Assembly (NCBI GenBank): GCA_964016885.1
Contig: OZ024766.1
Coordinates: 4,402,001 to 4,466,000 of the forward strand
Reading direction: 5' to 3'
Length of the DNA stretch: 64,000 nucleotides
Origin: Eledone cirrhosa
Taxonomy: Eukaryota
The position numbers and the translations under genes were made by a program. Position 1 is the stretch's first letter. The number at the start of each line of letters is the position of its first letter. The notes under the pieces were generated by a model. It searched no databases, was not told where the DNA came from, and saw nothing but the letters and a program-made list of their open reading frames with translations. Positions 1 to 12,234 of this stretch are shown piece after piece.

Positions 1-1010
1 GATGAGGTGATAGAAGCTGACCTCACACAATAGCACCTCTGATAGGTGATAACATAGGATTGAGATCTTTGGCATTATGCAGTACTGCAGAAGTCCTGAC
101 TTCCCCTGTGCTTTAGATGAAGCAACATCTAGAGGTGTACAGTATAAACCACTTCTTCCTCCCCGATCCATACACCTGCTATATCTTAACACTCTACCCA
201 TCACCACCTAAGTAACCTACCCTCAATCTACCTCTCCAATCCCCACCCCATACATGCAAGCCCATCTTATATATATATATATGCACCACCACCCCCACTT
301 CCCATATCTGGGGAACGTCTTTAGACAAAACCATGTATGCAAACATGGAAAGATAAACACCTCTCTCCCTCAATGCTGCTGAAATGGCTGAAGCTCAGTC
401 AACCCTGTAAGGGGTTCATGCTGGTGACACCACAAAAAACCCTAGTCCACCATCTAAGGTGTTCATGTTGGTGCCATGACAAAAGAGTTCCTAGTCCTCC
501 CTGTCAGGTAACATGACAAAAGAGCAGTTAACCCTCCTGGGCAGGTAGTTGTGCTTGTGACATGACAAATAAGCAGCCAGTCCAGCCTGTAAGGTGGTCC
601 TATTGGTGACACAACCAAGGTCACCCATCCTAATCTGTTAAGTAGTCATGTTGGTGGCATACCTGAAAGCACCTGGTCCACCCTGTGGAGTAGCTGCTTT
701 GGTAGCACGATAAGACTAGCTCTAAAGTGTCTGTGTTAGGGCCTCAAGAATGAATGCCCTGGTCATGTTTTTGTCAACATTGAATGTGTCCATGTTAGTG
801 CTGCAAGAAAAAGTGTCCAATCCACACTGTAAAGTGATTGTGTTGGTGACACGACAAAAAGTATCCAGTCCACTCTGTAAAGTGGTTGTGTTGGTGACAC
901 GACAAAAAGTATCCAGTCCACTCTGTAAAGTGGTCATTTTGGTGTCAAGAAAGAAGCACTAACTCCACACTGTAAATATAATTAGCGTTAGAAAAGAAAT
1001 CCAGTCCTAG
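1..1010 (+). mobile_element. Old RTE-type LINE 3' end: degraded ORF C-terminus plus 3' UTR with decayed ~49-bp repeats
   Basis: 1-110 matches the WDEVIEADL...LW.YAVLQK-like tail of the RTE fragment at 19377-19955. The downstream 'cactctgtaaagtggttgtgttggtgacac...aaaa' units match that element's 3' UTR. The same block recurs at ~5860-6955, ~11110-12190 and ~16355-17435. Confidence 0.6.
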
Positions 1011-1234
1011 AAACCAAAGTGGAGACAGTTCTGAATGAGCAAAGTACCATTATCTAATCTGACACACCTCACAATGAAGCTATGTATATTTCCTCTGGTA
1101 ATTTGTAATATTTTTACATAGATCTATATGATATACATACCAACACACATATATATATAAGAAATGATCGTAAAATGATTAAATTATTTAATATAAGGAA
1201 CTTGTCCTTTGTTTTGGTTTCACTGTTTTTATTA

Positions 1235-1270
<36 letters not shown>

Positions 1271-1314
1271 GCTGAAGCATATAAACAATATGCCCCCCCC
1301 CCCCCCCCCCCCAC

Positions 1315-1580
1315 CGCAAGGTGGTCGTGGAGGTGCCACGGCAAAAAAGCACCCAGCCCACACTGTAAAGTGGACGTGTAGGCGCCACGAAAAAGCACCC
1401 AGCACTCACTGTAAATGAGGTTGGTGTTAGGAAGGGCATCCAGCTGTAGAAATCAAGCCAGATCAGTTCCTGTATGAGCAAGGCATGGTCAGCCGACCAG
1501 ACACTGCCCACAACAGGACAACCCGTCTAACCCATGCTAGCGTGGAAGAACGGACGTAAAACGGTGATGATGATGATGAT
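1315..1580 (+). mobile_element. Retroposon 3' end (RTE 3' UTR / partner-SINE type) with (GAT)n tail
   Basis: 'aaaagcacccagc...ctgtaaagtgg...gttaggaagggcatccagctgtag...aacccatgctagcgtggaagaacggacgtaaaacggtgatgatgat', the same terminus as the RTE copy at 18968-19370. Confidence 0.6.
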
Positions 1581-1909
1581 ATATATATATAATGTGTGTG
1601 TGTGTATATATATGCAAGCAGGGAAAAGCGGACGTAAAATGATGATGATATATATATTGCATTGAGCATTTAACCAACTGTGAAACAGCTTAACTACTCC
1701 AGGTAATAATATTATCATTACTACTAGTATATATATACACACACACGCACGCAAACAGTATGGAGGAGATAAAACAAAAAAGCTAGCTGTACTGTTGAAA
1801 TGGGCGTTAAACGTTAATTATATATATATAGAGAGAGAGAGTCATCTCTCTATGTATAGATAAATAGAAAGAGTGAGGGATATTTCCATGGTTAAAGAAA
1901 GAAAGCTAC

Positions 1910-2091
1910 TTCGTGGTGACAAGATACGAATCTGTGGCTAAAGAATAAGAAGATACACCAACGTTAATGGCGGACAAAGAAAAAATGATGAAATCTTTGG
2001 AAATTCTTATTCAACAACAACAACAAGATTATTTCTTTGTTTAATATAATATAAGAAGACAACACATTGATTACATGTGAAGAGGGTAAGT
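1910..2091 (+). promoter_or_regulatory. Putative non-coding first exon / TSS region of ZNF gene 1 with splice donor
   Basis: The block is conserved upstream of all six genes. It contains AATGGCGG (YY1-like) and AGG|GTAAGT (2086-2091). Paralogous donors lie at 7442, 12729, 17973, 27252 and 35949. Confidence 0.6.
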
Positions 2092-3554
2092 TGAGAAAGA
2101 TTTACTTGAAGTCTATAATAATGTGTGTAAATAATAGAATTATGTGAACCTTTCAACGATACAGTAATTATATACAAGTGAAAATATTTAACAACTTTGG
2201 ACATATTTCTTCCTCGTCACTTTTATATACAGGAAAATACTTCTACACTGAAATGTTGTCTTATTTTACAATAGCTAGATTCTACTGTTACATGTGATAT
2301 AAAATATATTGTTATTATGACTGTCTTACTTAACAGTGTATTAATAGTTGAGTGAGGCATGTGGTCTTGAGTAGTCTTGGAATTCTTATTGACAGGAACA
2401 TATGATTTCTGATAGTTTTTTGAATGAATGGGGTCATTGTGTTTTTTTCTATTTTTCTTCTTATTTTCTCTATATTCTTTTTTATTTTTCTTGTCTTTTA
2501 AGTTTATATTTTCTTTCTACTTTTCTTCTTTCTTCTCATATATTGAACTTTATTTGCTATTTATATTATAAATATATATAATTGTTTCTACTTTAGGCAC
2601 AAGGCCAGCAATTAACCAGTGCATTACTGGTACTTTATTTTATCGACCCCGATGCGTGTGTGTTAAGTAATTCCGAAGAAAAAGTAAAGGAAAAAAGAGT
2701 GCTCTATGTATAGAACAGAGCTATTTAGTTAGAAAGTGATCAACATAAAATACAACTACTCCATTACTAAAGGTTTCTGGATCCCAGACAATATTAATCT
2801 AGTAGTTATATTTTGTGTTGTTCACTTTCTAAATATATATATTCCCTGCCAACTTTTCAGAGAGCATGATGGAAGAAATTTTACTCAAACATTCGATTTT
2901 GATTTTAATTTTAAACCTTTTTTTATTCCTTTCAACCCTTTTTGATTAACTTTTTTCACTGAATTTGACAAGATGGATCTTAATACATCGAAACCGGTAA
3001 TTTTCTCATACACTTTATATACTTCATAAGAAATTTTTCAAAAAAGAATTGTCCCTCTTTTTTTAATAACACTATCTTTTCAGTAATGTCACTTTGACGA
3101 ATCAAAAAAGAAAAACAAACCCTTAAATATATCTCCCGTGCTATTTCCAACTTCATCTTTTCTCTCTCTCTATATATATATATATAGATATCATCATCAT
3201 CATCATCATCATTTTATGTCCGCTTTTCCCCTTCTTGCAATGGTGGGACGGAAACTGACTCTGGCTTGATTTCTACAGCTGGATGCCCTTCTGTGGTTGA
3301 TATCTTCTGCTATAAAGGTGACCCCGAGTTAGCAGAGGAGGTGGGTGCACTGAGAGTAGAATAGCTGGAATATGAATAGATATATGCTGTATATATAATA
3401 TATATATACACACACATGGTGTATACACTTTTACACCTTGAGTTGGAGAAATAGATTTGAAAAGTTTAATTATTCAGCTGAAAGTTTATATATAGTTTAT
3501 CAATATAGAAATGTAAAATTTCCATTATTGAATCACATTTCAACATTCTCCATA

Positions 3555-3582
3555 TCTTATTTTGTTTTCTCTGTTATTTCAG
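3555..3582 (+). promoter_or_regulatory. Splice acceptor of the ZNF coding exon
   Basis: Polypyrimidine tract 'tttgttttctctgttatttcAG' (AG 3581-3582). Paralogous AGs lie at 8826, 14072, 20474, 29874 and 37979. Confidence 0.65.
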
Positions 3583-3945
3583 AATAGCACATGACATTGA
3601 CAGAAGAGAAATTTTAACTTCAGATACAACATCAATATCATTGTTTAAAAGACTAACACAAGATTTTACACACTATTCATATAAGTCCTTTTATATCAGC
3701 ATTTGATTACTTATAGTGAAATATTTCTTCTGAACTGAGGTTGATAGAAAGATTTCTTTTCTTCACTATCTGGAAAGTGTACAAGAAGATATTGTAAAGG
3801 AATTTGCATCATTTTCAGAACTCAACAAAGACCCAAGTTGATGGAAATTTAACTTTGAAAATATTTATTAGGAATAAACTATAAAAAGAAGACCAAGAAA
3901 AAACATTCTTATTTTCTGCTGTGGAAAATATTTTTCCCTGAAGAG

Positions 3946-5067
3946 ATGTCAAAGAGGAACAAAAAATCATCATACCACTGTGATATCTGTGGTAAATCAT
4001 TCCCGTGTACAGGTGACTTAACTAGACATATACATAGTCATACAGGAGAGAAGCATCATCAGTGTGATATCTGTGGTAAATCATTCTCTCGGGTAGGTAC
4101 TTTAAAAATACACAAATATACTCATACAGGAGAGAAGCCTCATCACTGTGATATCTGTGGTAAATCATTCTCGTGTAGAGGTCACTTAACTAGTCACATA
4201 CGTATTCATACAGGAGAGAAGCCTTATCACTGTGATATCTGTGGTAAATCATTCTCTGTGTCGGGCCAATTAACTAACCACTTACGTATTCATTCAGGAG
4301 AGAAACCGTATCACTGTGATATCTGTGGTAAGTCATTCTCCGAATCAGGTAGCCTAACTCGACATAGATATATTCATACAGGAGAGAAACCTCTTCAATG
4401 TGATATCTGTGGTGAATCTTTCTCTGAGTCACGTAGGTTAATTAGTCACAAATATATTCATACAGGAGAGAAACCTTATCGCTGTGGTGTTTGTGGTAAA
4501 TCATTTTTTGAGTCAAGTAGCTTAACTCGACACATACACATTCATACAGGAGAGAAACCTTATAACTGTGATATCTGTGGTAAATCATTCTCTCGCCCAG
4601 GTAACTTAACTGTACATAAATATAGTCATACAGGGGAGAAACTTCATCACTGTGAAATCTGTGGTAAATCATTCTCTCACTCAGGTAACTTAACTTTACA
4701 TAAAAATATTCATACAGGAGAGAAACTTCTTCAATGTGATATCTGTGGTAAATCTTTCTCTGAGTCACGTAGGTTAATTAGTCACAAATATATTCATACA
4801 GGAGAGAAACCATATCACTGTGATGTCTGTGGTAAATCATTTTCTGGGTCAAGTAGCTTAACTCGACACTTATACATTCATACAGAAGAGAAACCTTATA
4901 ACTGTGATATCTGTGGTAAATCATTCTCTCGCCCAGGTAACTTAACTGTACATAAATATATTCATACAGGAGAGAAACCTCATCAGTGTGATATCTGTGG
5001 TAAATCATTCTCTCACTCAGGTAACTTAACTAGACACATGCGTCTTCATACAGCCTCATCACTGTGA
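3946..5067 (+). CDS. C2H2 zinc-finger protein, 13 tandem fingers, no effector domain (gene 1)
   Basis: 373 aa = 9-aa basic leader plus 13 x 28-aa CxxC-12-HxxxH units with TGEKP-type linkers. Confidence 0.93.
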   Translation: MSKRNKKSSYHCDICGKSFPCTGDLTRHIHSHTGEKHHQCDICGKSFSRVGTLKIHKYTHTGEKPHHCDICGKSFSCRGHLTSHIRIHTGEKPYHCDICGKSFSVSGQLTNHLRIHSGEKPYHCDICGKSFSESGSLTRHRYIHTGEKPLQCDICGESFSESRRLISHKYIHTGEKPYRCGVCGKSFFESSSLTRHIHIHTGEKPYNCDICGKSFSRPGNLTVHKYSHTGEKLHHCEICGKSFSHSGNLTLHKNIHTGEKLLQCDICGKSFSESRRLISHKYIHTGEKPYHCDVCGKSFSGSSSLTRHLYIHTEEKPYNCDICGKSFSRPGNLTVHKYIHTGEKPHQCDICGKSFSHSGNLTRHMRLHTASSL

Positions 5068-5210
5068 TATCTGGTAAATCATTTTGTCATACAGGTCACT
5101 TAAACATACACGGATGTATTCATACAGGAGAGAAATCTTGTGACTGATGTTTGTGGTAAGTCATTCCCTCATTAAAGTAGCCTTAGCTAAACACAAATAT
5201 ATACATAGAG
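5068..5210 (+). pseudogene. Decayed zinc fingers in 3' UTR after a frameshift
   Basis: 'catacag|cctcatcactgtgatatc' lacks 8 nt of the usual linker (gagagaag). Finger-like sequence continues out of frame, and the same occurs after genes 2, 3 and 4. Confidence 0.8.
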
Positions 5211-5859
5211 GATAGATGTCACACCTCTCATATATGTCACATATAACATGTCTCATTGTCAAGTTAAAACATTTTAACTTGACAATGTGACATGTCCTTC
5301 ATCTTACAAATATAAACTTATTGTCAACTAACATCACAAGGAAACCCTTAGTATTTCTACAGCTTCTAAATATCGCTTTCCATTTTTTTCATTTTATTTT
5401 TAAATGGAATTAAAGTCATTCTCATGTCTGATAGTTGTCTTCTTAAATTTAATTTTTGGAAACACCCACGAGGGACCCTCTATCCCATGACATAATGCTG
5501 TAACTGGCCTCAAGAAATATTTAGAGGTCAACACCCACATTCCCTGTTGTAGTGTGTAATTGAGGGACCCTCTATCCCTGACCTCAAGATAAATTTAGAG
5601 GCCAACACCTACATTCCCTGTAGTGTATAATTGAAGGAGTATGTGTATCTTTTCCTCTTTTTCTTTGTCTTTGTATTGATTTGTTTCTTTTAGAAAACAT
5701 TTCTTTGTTTTTCATAAGTTATTCTATAAATTGTATTAATGTCTTAAATTTCAATCCCTGTTTTGTTAATAAAAGATTTATATTTGAGGAATTTGTCAAG
5801 TCAGTCGTTTCAACTTGCTCCGAAGGATGTGTATTAGTATTCTGCATGAATGGCAAAGT

Positions 5860-6955
5860 TTAAATGGGCATAAGAATAATCAGATGCAGTGTACAGATGA
5901 AGAGACTGCGATGCTATGATGCATATGAAGGATGATAAAAAGGTGCAGGGTACTCAAAGTTGAAGTAAGCATTGGAGGAAGGAGACCTATGAAAGCTTGG
6001 TATGAGGTGATAGAAGCTGACCTCACATAATAGCACCTCTGATAGGTGATAACATAGGATTGAGATCTTTGGCATTATGCAGTACTGCAGAAGTCCTGAC
6101 TTCCCCTGTGCTTTAGATGAAGCAACATCTAGAGGTGTACAGTATAAACCACTTCTTCCTCCCCGATCCATACACCTGCTATATCTTAACACTCTACCCA
6201 TCACCACCTAAGTAACCTACCCTCAACCTACCTCTCCAATCCCCACACATCATACATGCAAGCCCATCTTATATATATATATGCACCACGACCCCCACTT
6301 TCCACATCTGGGGAACGTCTTTAGACAAAACCATGTATACAAACATGGAAAGATAAACACCCTCTCCCACAATGCTGCTGAAATGGCTGAAGCTCTGTCA
6401 ACCCTGTAAGGGGGTCATGCTGGTGACACCACAAAAAACCCTAGTCCACCATCTAAGGTGTTCATGTTGGTGCCATGACAAAAGAGTTCCTAGTCCTCCC
6501 TGTCAGGTAACATGACAAAAGAGCAGTTAACCCTCCTGGGCAGGTAGTTGTGCTTGTGACATGACAAATAAGCAGCCAGTCCAGTCTGTAAGGTGGTCCT
6601 ATTGGTGACACAACCAAGGTCACCCATCCTAATCTGTTAAGTAGTCATGTTCGTGGCATAGCTGAAAGCACCTGGTCCACCCTGTGGAGTAGCTGCTTGG
6701 GTAGCACGATAAGACTCACCCAGTCCTTGCTGTAAAGTGGTCGTGTTAGGGCCTCAAGAATGAATGCCCTGTCCACCGTGTAAATTCCACACTGTAAATA
6801 TAATTAGCGCTAGGAAAGAAATCCAGCCGTAGAAACCAAAGTGGAGACAGTTCTGAATGAGCAAAACACCATTATCTAATCTGACACGGCTCACAACAGG
6901 AAAACTCGTCTAACCCATTCTAGCGTGGGAAAAATTCACGTGAAATATTGATGAT
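5860..6955 (+). mobile_element. Old RTE LINE 3' end (duplicated with the unit)
   Basis: Degenerate LGIR..RCSV..KRLR...GRRP.KAWDEVIEADL translation, 3' UTR repeats, and terminal 'aacccattctagcgtggg...tgatgat'. Confidence 0.6.
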
Positions 6956-6960
6956 ATATA

Positions 6961-7000
<40 letters not shown>

Positions 7001-8425
7001 AGCAGGGAAAAGCGGACGTAAAATGATGATGATATATATGCGTGAACTCTATTGCATTGAGCATTTAACCAACTGTGAAGCAGCTTAACTACTTATACAC
7101 ACACACGAAAACAGTAAGGAGGAGATGAAACAAAAAAGCTAGCTGTACTGTTGAAATGGGCGTTAAACGTTAATGATTTATATATAGTCATCTCTCTATG
7201 TATAGATAAATAGAAAGAGTGAGGGATATACATATCTCCATGACTAAAGAAAGAAAGCTACTTCGGGGTGACAAGATACGAATCTGTGGCTAAAGAATAA
7301 GAAGATACACCAACGTTAATGGCGGACAAAGAAAAAATGATGAAATCTTTGGAAATTCTTATTCAACAACAACAAAGAGATTATTTCTTTGGTTGTTTAA
7401 TAAAATATAAGAAGACAACACATTGATTACATGTGAAGAGGGTAAGTTGAGAAAGATTTACTTGAAGTCTATAATAATGTGTGTAAATAATAGAATTATG
7501 TGAACCTTTCAACGATACAGTAATTATATACAAGTGAAAATATTTAACAACTTTGGACATATTTCTTCCTCGTCACTTTTATATACAGGAAAATACTTCT
7601 ACACTGAAATGTTGTCTTATTTTACAATAGCTAGATTCTACTGTTACATGTGATATAAAATAGATTGTTATTATGACTGTCTTACAAATAACATGATTTA
7701 TTAAAAATATTTTGAAGTGAACGGGTCATGGGTGGTCTAGTTTTCTCTAATTCTTATTACCTTGGCACATATAATCTCACACGTATCGTTCGACTTCCAA
7801 ATATTGAAACTTATTTGCTAGTTATATTATAAATATATATAATTGTTTCTACTTTAGGCACAAGGCCAGCAATTAACCAGTGCATTACTGGTACTTTATT
7901 TTATCGACCCCGATGCGTGTATGTTAGGTAATTCCGAAGAAAAAGCAAAGGAAAAAAGAGTGCTCTATGTATAGAACAGAGCTATTTAATTAGAAAGTGA
8001 TCAACATAAAATATAACTACTCCATTACCAAAGTTTTCTGGATCCCAGACAATATTAATCTAGTAGTTATATCTTGTGTTGTTCACTTTCTAAATATATA
8101 TATTCCCTGCCAACTTTTCAGAAAGCATGATGGAAGAAATTTTACTCAAACATTCGATTTTGATTTTAATTTTAAACCTTTTTTTATTCTTTCCAACCCT
8201 TTTTAATTAACTTTTTTCACTGAATTTGACAAGATGGATTTTAATACATTGAAACTGGTAATTTTCTCATACACTTTATATACTTCATAAGAAATTTAAA
8301 AAAAAAAGAATTGTCCCTCTCTTTTTTTATATAACACTATCTTTTCAATAATGTCACTTTGACGAATCAAAAAAGAAAAACAAACCCTTAAATATATCTC
8401 CCGTGCTATTTCCAACTTCATCTTT

Positions 8426-8458
<33 letters not shown>

Positions 8459-9190
8459 CATCATCATCATCATTTTATGTCCGCTTTTCCCCTTTTTGCA
8501 AGGGTGGGACGGGAACTGACTCTGGCTTGATTTCTACAGCTGGATGCCCTTCGTGTGGTTGATATCTTCTGCTATAAAGGAGGAGCCGGGTGCACTGAGA
8601 GTAGAATAGCTGGAATATGAATAGATATATGCTGTATATATAATATATATATACACACACATGGTGTATACACTTTTACACCTTGAGTTGGAGAAATAGA
8701 TTTGAAAAGTTTAATTATTCAGCTGAAAGTTTATATATAGTTTATCAATATAGAAATGTAAAATTTCCATTATTGAATCACATTTCAACATTCTCCATAT
8801 CTTATTTTGTTTTCTCTGTTATTTCAGAATATCACATGACATTGACTGAAGAGAAATTTTAACTTCAGATACAACATCAATATCATTGTTTAAAAGACTA
8901 ACACAAGATTTTACACAGTGTTCATATAAGTCTTTTTATATCAGCATTTGGTGACTTACAGTGAAATATTTCTTCTGAACTGAGGTTGATAGAAAGATTT
9001 CTTTTCTTCACTATCTGGAAAGTGTACAAGAAGATATTGTAAAGGAATTTGCATCATTTTCAGATGTCAACAAAGACCCAAGTTGATGGAAATTTAACTT
9101 TGAAAATATTTATTAGGAATAAACTATAAAAAGAAGACCAAGAAAAAACATTCTTATTTTCTGCTGTGGAAAATATTTTTCCCTGAAGAG

Positions 9191-10312
9191 ATGTCAAAGA
9201 GGAACAAAAAATCATCATACCACTGTGATATCTGTGGTAAATCATTCCCGTGTACAGGTGACTTAACTAGACATATACATAGTCATACAGGAGAGAAGCC
9301 TCATCAGTGTGATATCTGTGGTAAATCATTCTCTTGGGTAGGTACTTTAACGATACACAAATATACTCATACAGGAGAGAAGCCTCATCACTGTGATATC
9401 TGTGGTAAATCATTCTCGTGTACAGGTCACTTAACTAGTCACATACGTATTCATACAGGAGAGAAGCCTTATCACTGTGATATCTGTGGTAAATCATTCT
9501 CTGTGTCGGGCCAATTAACTAACCACTTACGTATTCATTCAGGAGAGAAACCGTATCACTGTGAAATCTGTGGTAAGTCATTCTCTCAGTCAAGTAGTTT
9601 ATCTCGACATAGATATATCCATACAGGAGAGAAACCTTATCGCTGTGATATCTGTGGTGAATCTTTCCCTGAGTCACGTAGGTTAATTAGTCACAAATAT
9701 ATCCATACAGGAGAGGAACCTTATCGCTGTGATATCTGTGGTAAATCATTTTCTCTGTCAGGTGACTTAACTCAACACATACGTATTCATATAGGAGAGA
9801 AACCTTATAACTGTGATATCTGTGGTAAATCATTCTCTCGCCCAGGTAACTTAACTGTACATAAATATAGTCATACAGGGGAGAAACTTCATCACTGTGA
9901 AATCTGTGGTAAGTCATTCTCTCACTCAGGTAGCCTAACTCGACATAGATATATTCATACAGGAGAGAAACCTCTTCAATGTGATATCTGTGGTGAATCT
10001 TTCTCTCAGTCACGTAGGTTAATTAGTCACAAATATATTCATACTGGAGAGAAACCATATCACTGTGATGTCTGTGGTAAATCATTTTCTGAGTCAAGTC
10101 GCTTAACTCAACACTTATACATTCATACAGGAGAGAAACCTTATAACTGTGATATCTGTGGTAAATCATTCTCTCGCCCAGGTAACTTAACTGTACATAA
10201 ATATATTCATACAGGAGAGAAACCTCATCAGTGTGATAACTGTGGTAAATCATTCTCTCACTCAGGTAACTTAACTAGACACATGCGTCTACATACAGCC
10301 TCATCACTGTGA
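9191..10312 (+). CDS. C2H2 zinc-finger protein, 13 fingers (gene 2)
   Basis: 373-aa ORF with the same architecture as gene 1. Confidence 0.93.
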   Translation: MSKRNKKSSYHCDICGKSFPCTGDLTRHIHSHTGEKPHQCDICGKSFSWVGTLTIHKYTHTGEKPHHCDICGKSFSCTGHLTSHIRIHTGEKPYHCDICGKSFSVSGQLTNHLRIHSGEKPYHCEICGKSFSQSSSLSRHRYIHTGEKPYRCDICGESFPESRRLISHKYIHTGEEPYRCDICGKSFSLSGDLTQHIRIHIGEKPYNCDICGKSFSRPGNLTVHKYSHTGEKLHHCEICGKSFSHSGSLTRHRYIHTGEKPLQCDICGESFSQSRRLISHKYIHTGEKPYHCDVCGKSFSESSRLTQHLYIHTGEKPYNCDICGKSFSRPGNLTVHKYIHTGEKPHQCDNCGKSFSHSGNLTRHMRLHTASSL

Positions 10313-10462
10313 TATCTGTGGTAAATCATTCTCTCATACAGGTCACTTAAACATACACGGATGTATTCATACAGGAGAGAAATCTTGTGACTGATGTTTG
10401 TAGTAAGTCATTCCCTCATTAAAGTAGCCTTAGCTAAACACAAATATATACATAGAGGAGAG

Positions 10463-10508
10463 ATGTCACATTGTCAAGTTAAAACATTTTAACTTGACAA
10501 TGTGACAT
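10463..10508. repeat. Perfect 22-bp inverted repeat (2-nt loop) in ZNF 3' UTR
   Basis: atgtcacattgtcaagttaaaa-ca-ttttaacttgacaatgtgacat. Copies at ~5246-5295, ~15709-15754 and 22038-22089. Confidence 0.9.
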
Positions 10509-12198
10509 GTCCTTCATCTTACAAATATAAACTTATTGTCAACTAACATCACAAGGAAACCCTTAGTATTTCTACAGCTTCTAAATATCGCTTTCCATTT
10601 TTTTCATTTTATTTTTAAATGGAATTAAAGTCATTCTCATGTCTGATAGTTGTCTTCTTAAATTTAATTTTTGGCCTCACCCACATTCCCTGTTGTAGTG
10701 TGTAATTGAGGGACCCTCTATCCCTGACATAATGCTGTAACTGGCCTCAAGAAATATTTAGAGGCCAACACTCACATTCCTTGTTGTAGTGTATAATTGG
10801 GGGACCCTTTATCCTATGACATAATGCTGTAACTGGCCTCAAGATATATTTAGAGGCCAACACCTACATTCCCTGTAGTGAATAACTGAAGGAGTATGTG
10901 TATCTTTTTCTTTGTCTTTGTATTGATTTGTTTCTTTTTGAAAACATTCATTTGTTTTTCATAAATTATTCTATAAATTGTATTAATGTCTTAAATTTCA
11001 ATCCCTGTTTTGTTAATAAAAGATTTATATTTGAGGAATTTGTCAAGTCAGTCATTTCAACTTGCTCCGATGGATGTGTATTAGTATTCTGCATGAATGG
11101 CAATGAGAAACTGGGCATAAGAGTAGTCAGATGCAGTGTAGAGATGAAGAGACTGCGATGCTATGATGCATATGAAGGATGATAAAAAGGTGCAGGGTAC
11201 TCAAAGTTGAAGTAAGCATTGGAGGAAGGAGACCTATGAAAGCTTGGGATGAGGTGATAGAAGCTGACCTCACACAATAGCACCTCTGATAGGTGATAAC
11301 ATAGGATTGAGATCTTTGGCATTATGCAGTACTGCAGAAGTCCTGACTTCCCCTGTGCTTTAGATGAAGCAACATCTAGAGGTGTACAGTATAAACCACT
11401 TCTTCCTCCCCGATCCATACCCCTGCTATATCTTAACACTCTACCCATCACCACCTAAGTAACCTACCCTCAATCTACCTCTCCAATCCCCACCCATCTT
11501 ATACATATATATATATATGCACCACCACCCCCACTTTCCACATCTGGGGAACGTCTTTAGACAAAACCATGTATACAAACATAGAAAGATAAACACCCTC
11601 TCCCACAATGCTGCTGAAATGGCTGAAGCTCTCAGTCAACCCTGTAAGGGGGTCATGCTGGTGACACCACCAAAACCCCTAGTCCACCATCTAAGGTGCT
11701 CATGTTGGTGCCATGACAAAAGAGTACCTAGTCCTCCCTGTCAGGTAACATGACAAAAGAGCAGTTAACCCTCCTGGGCAGGTAGTTGTGCTTGTGACAT
11801 GACAAATAAGCAGCCAGTCCAGTCTGTAAGGTGGTCCTATTGGTGACACAACCAAGGTCACCCATCCCAATCTGTTAAGTAGTCATGTTGGTGGCATACC
11901 TGAAAGCACCTGGTCCACCCTGTGGAGTAGCTGCTTTGGTAGCACGATAAGACTCACCCAGTCCTTGCTGTAAAGTGGTCGTGTTAGGGCCTCAAGAATG
12001 AATGCCCTGTCCACCGTGTAAATTCCACACTGTAAATATAATTAGCGCTAGGAAAGAAATCCAGCCGTAGAAACCAAAGTGGAGACAGTTCTGAATGAGC
12101 AAAACACCATTATCTAATCTGACACGGCTCACAACAGGAAAACTCGTCTAACCCATTCTAGCGTGGGAAAAATTCACGTGAAATATTGATGATATATA

Positions 12199-12234
<36 letters not shown>

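Noticed and set aside
3583-3945. KRAB/ZAD/SET effector domain upstream of the fingers
   Set aside because: The region contains stops and short uORFs only, with no such motif; a distant spliced coding exon cannot be excluded without transcripts.
4442-5008. Minus-strand ORFs (MIYHRYH... repeats), also at 9687-10253, 14933-15499 and 21503-21817
   Set aside because: Antisense shadows of the 84-bp zinc-finger repeat, with no independent coding signal.
5914-6207. 97-aa ORF repeated in three units
   Set aside because: Antisense to the degraded RTE 3' end; its conservation only reflects the recent duplication.
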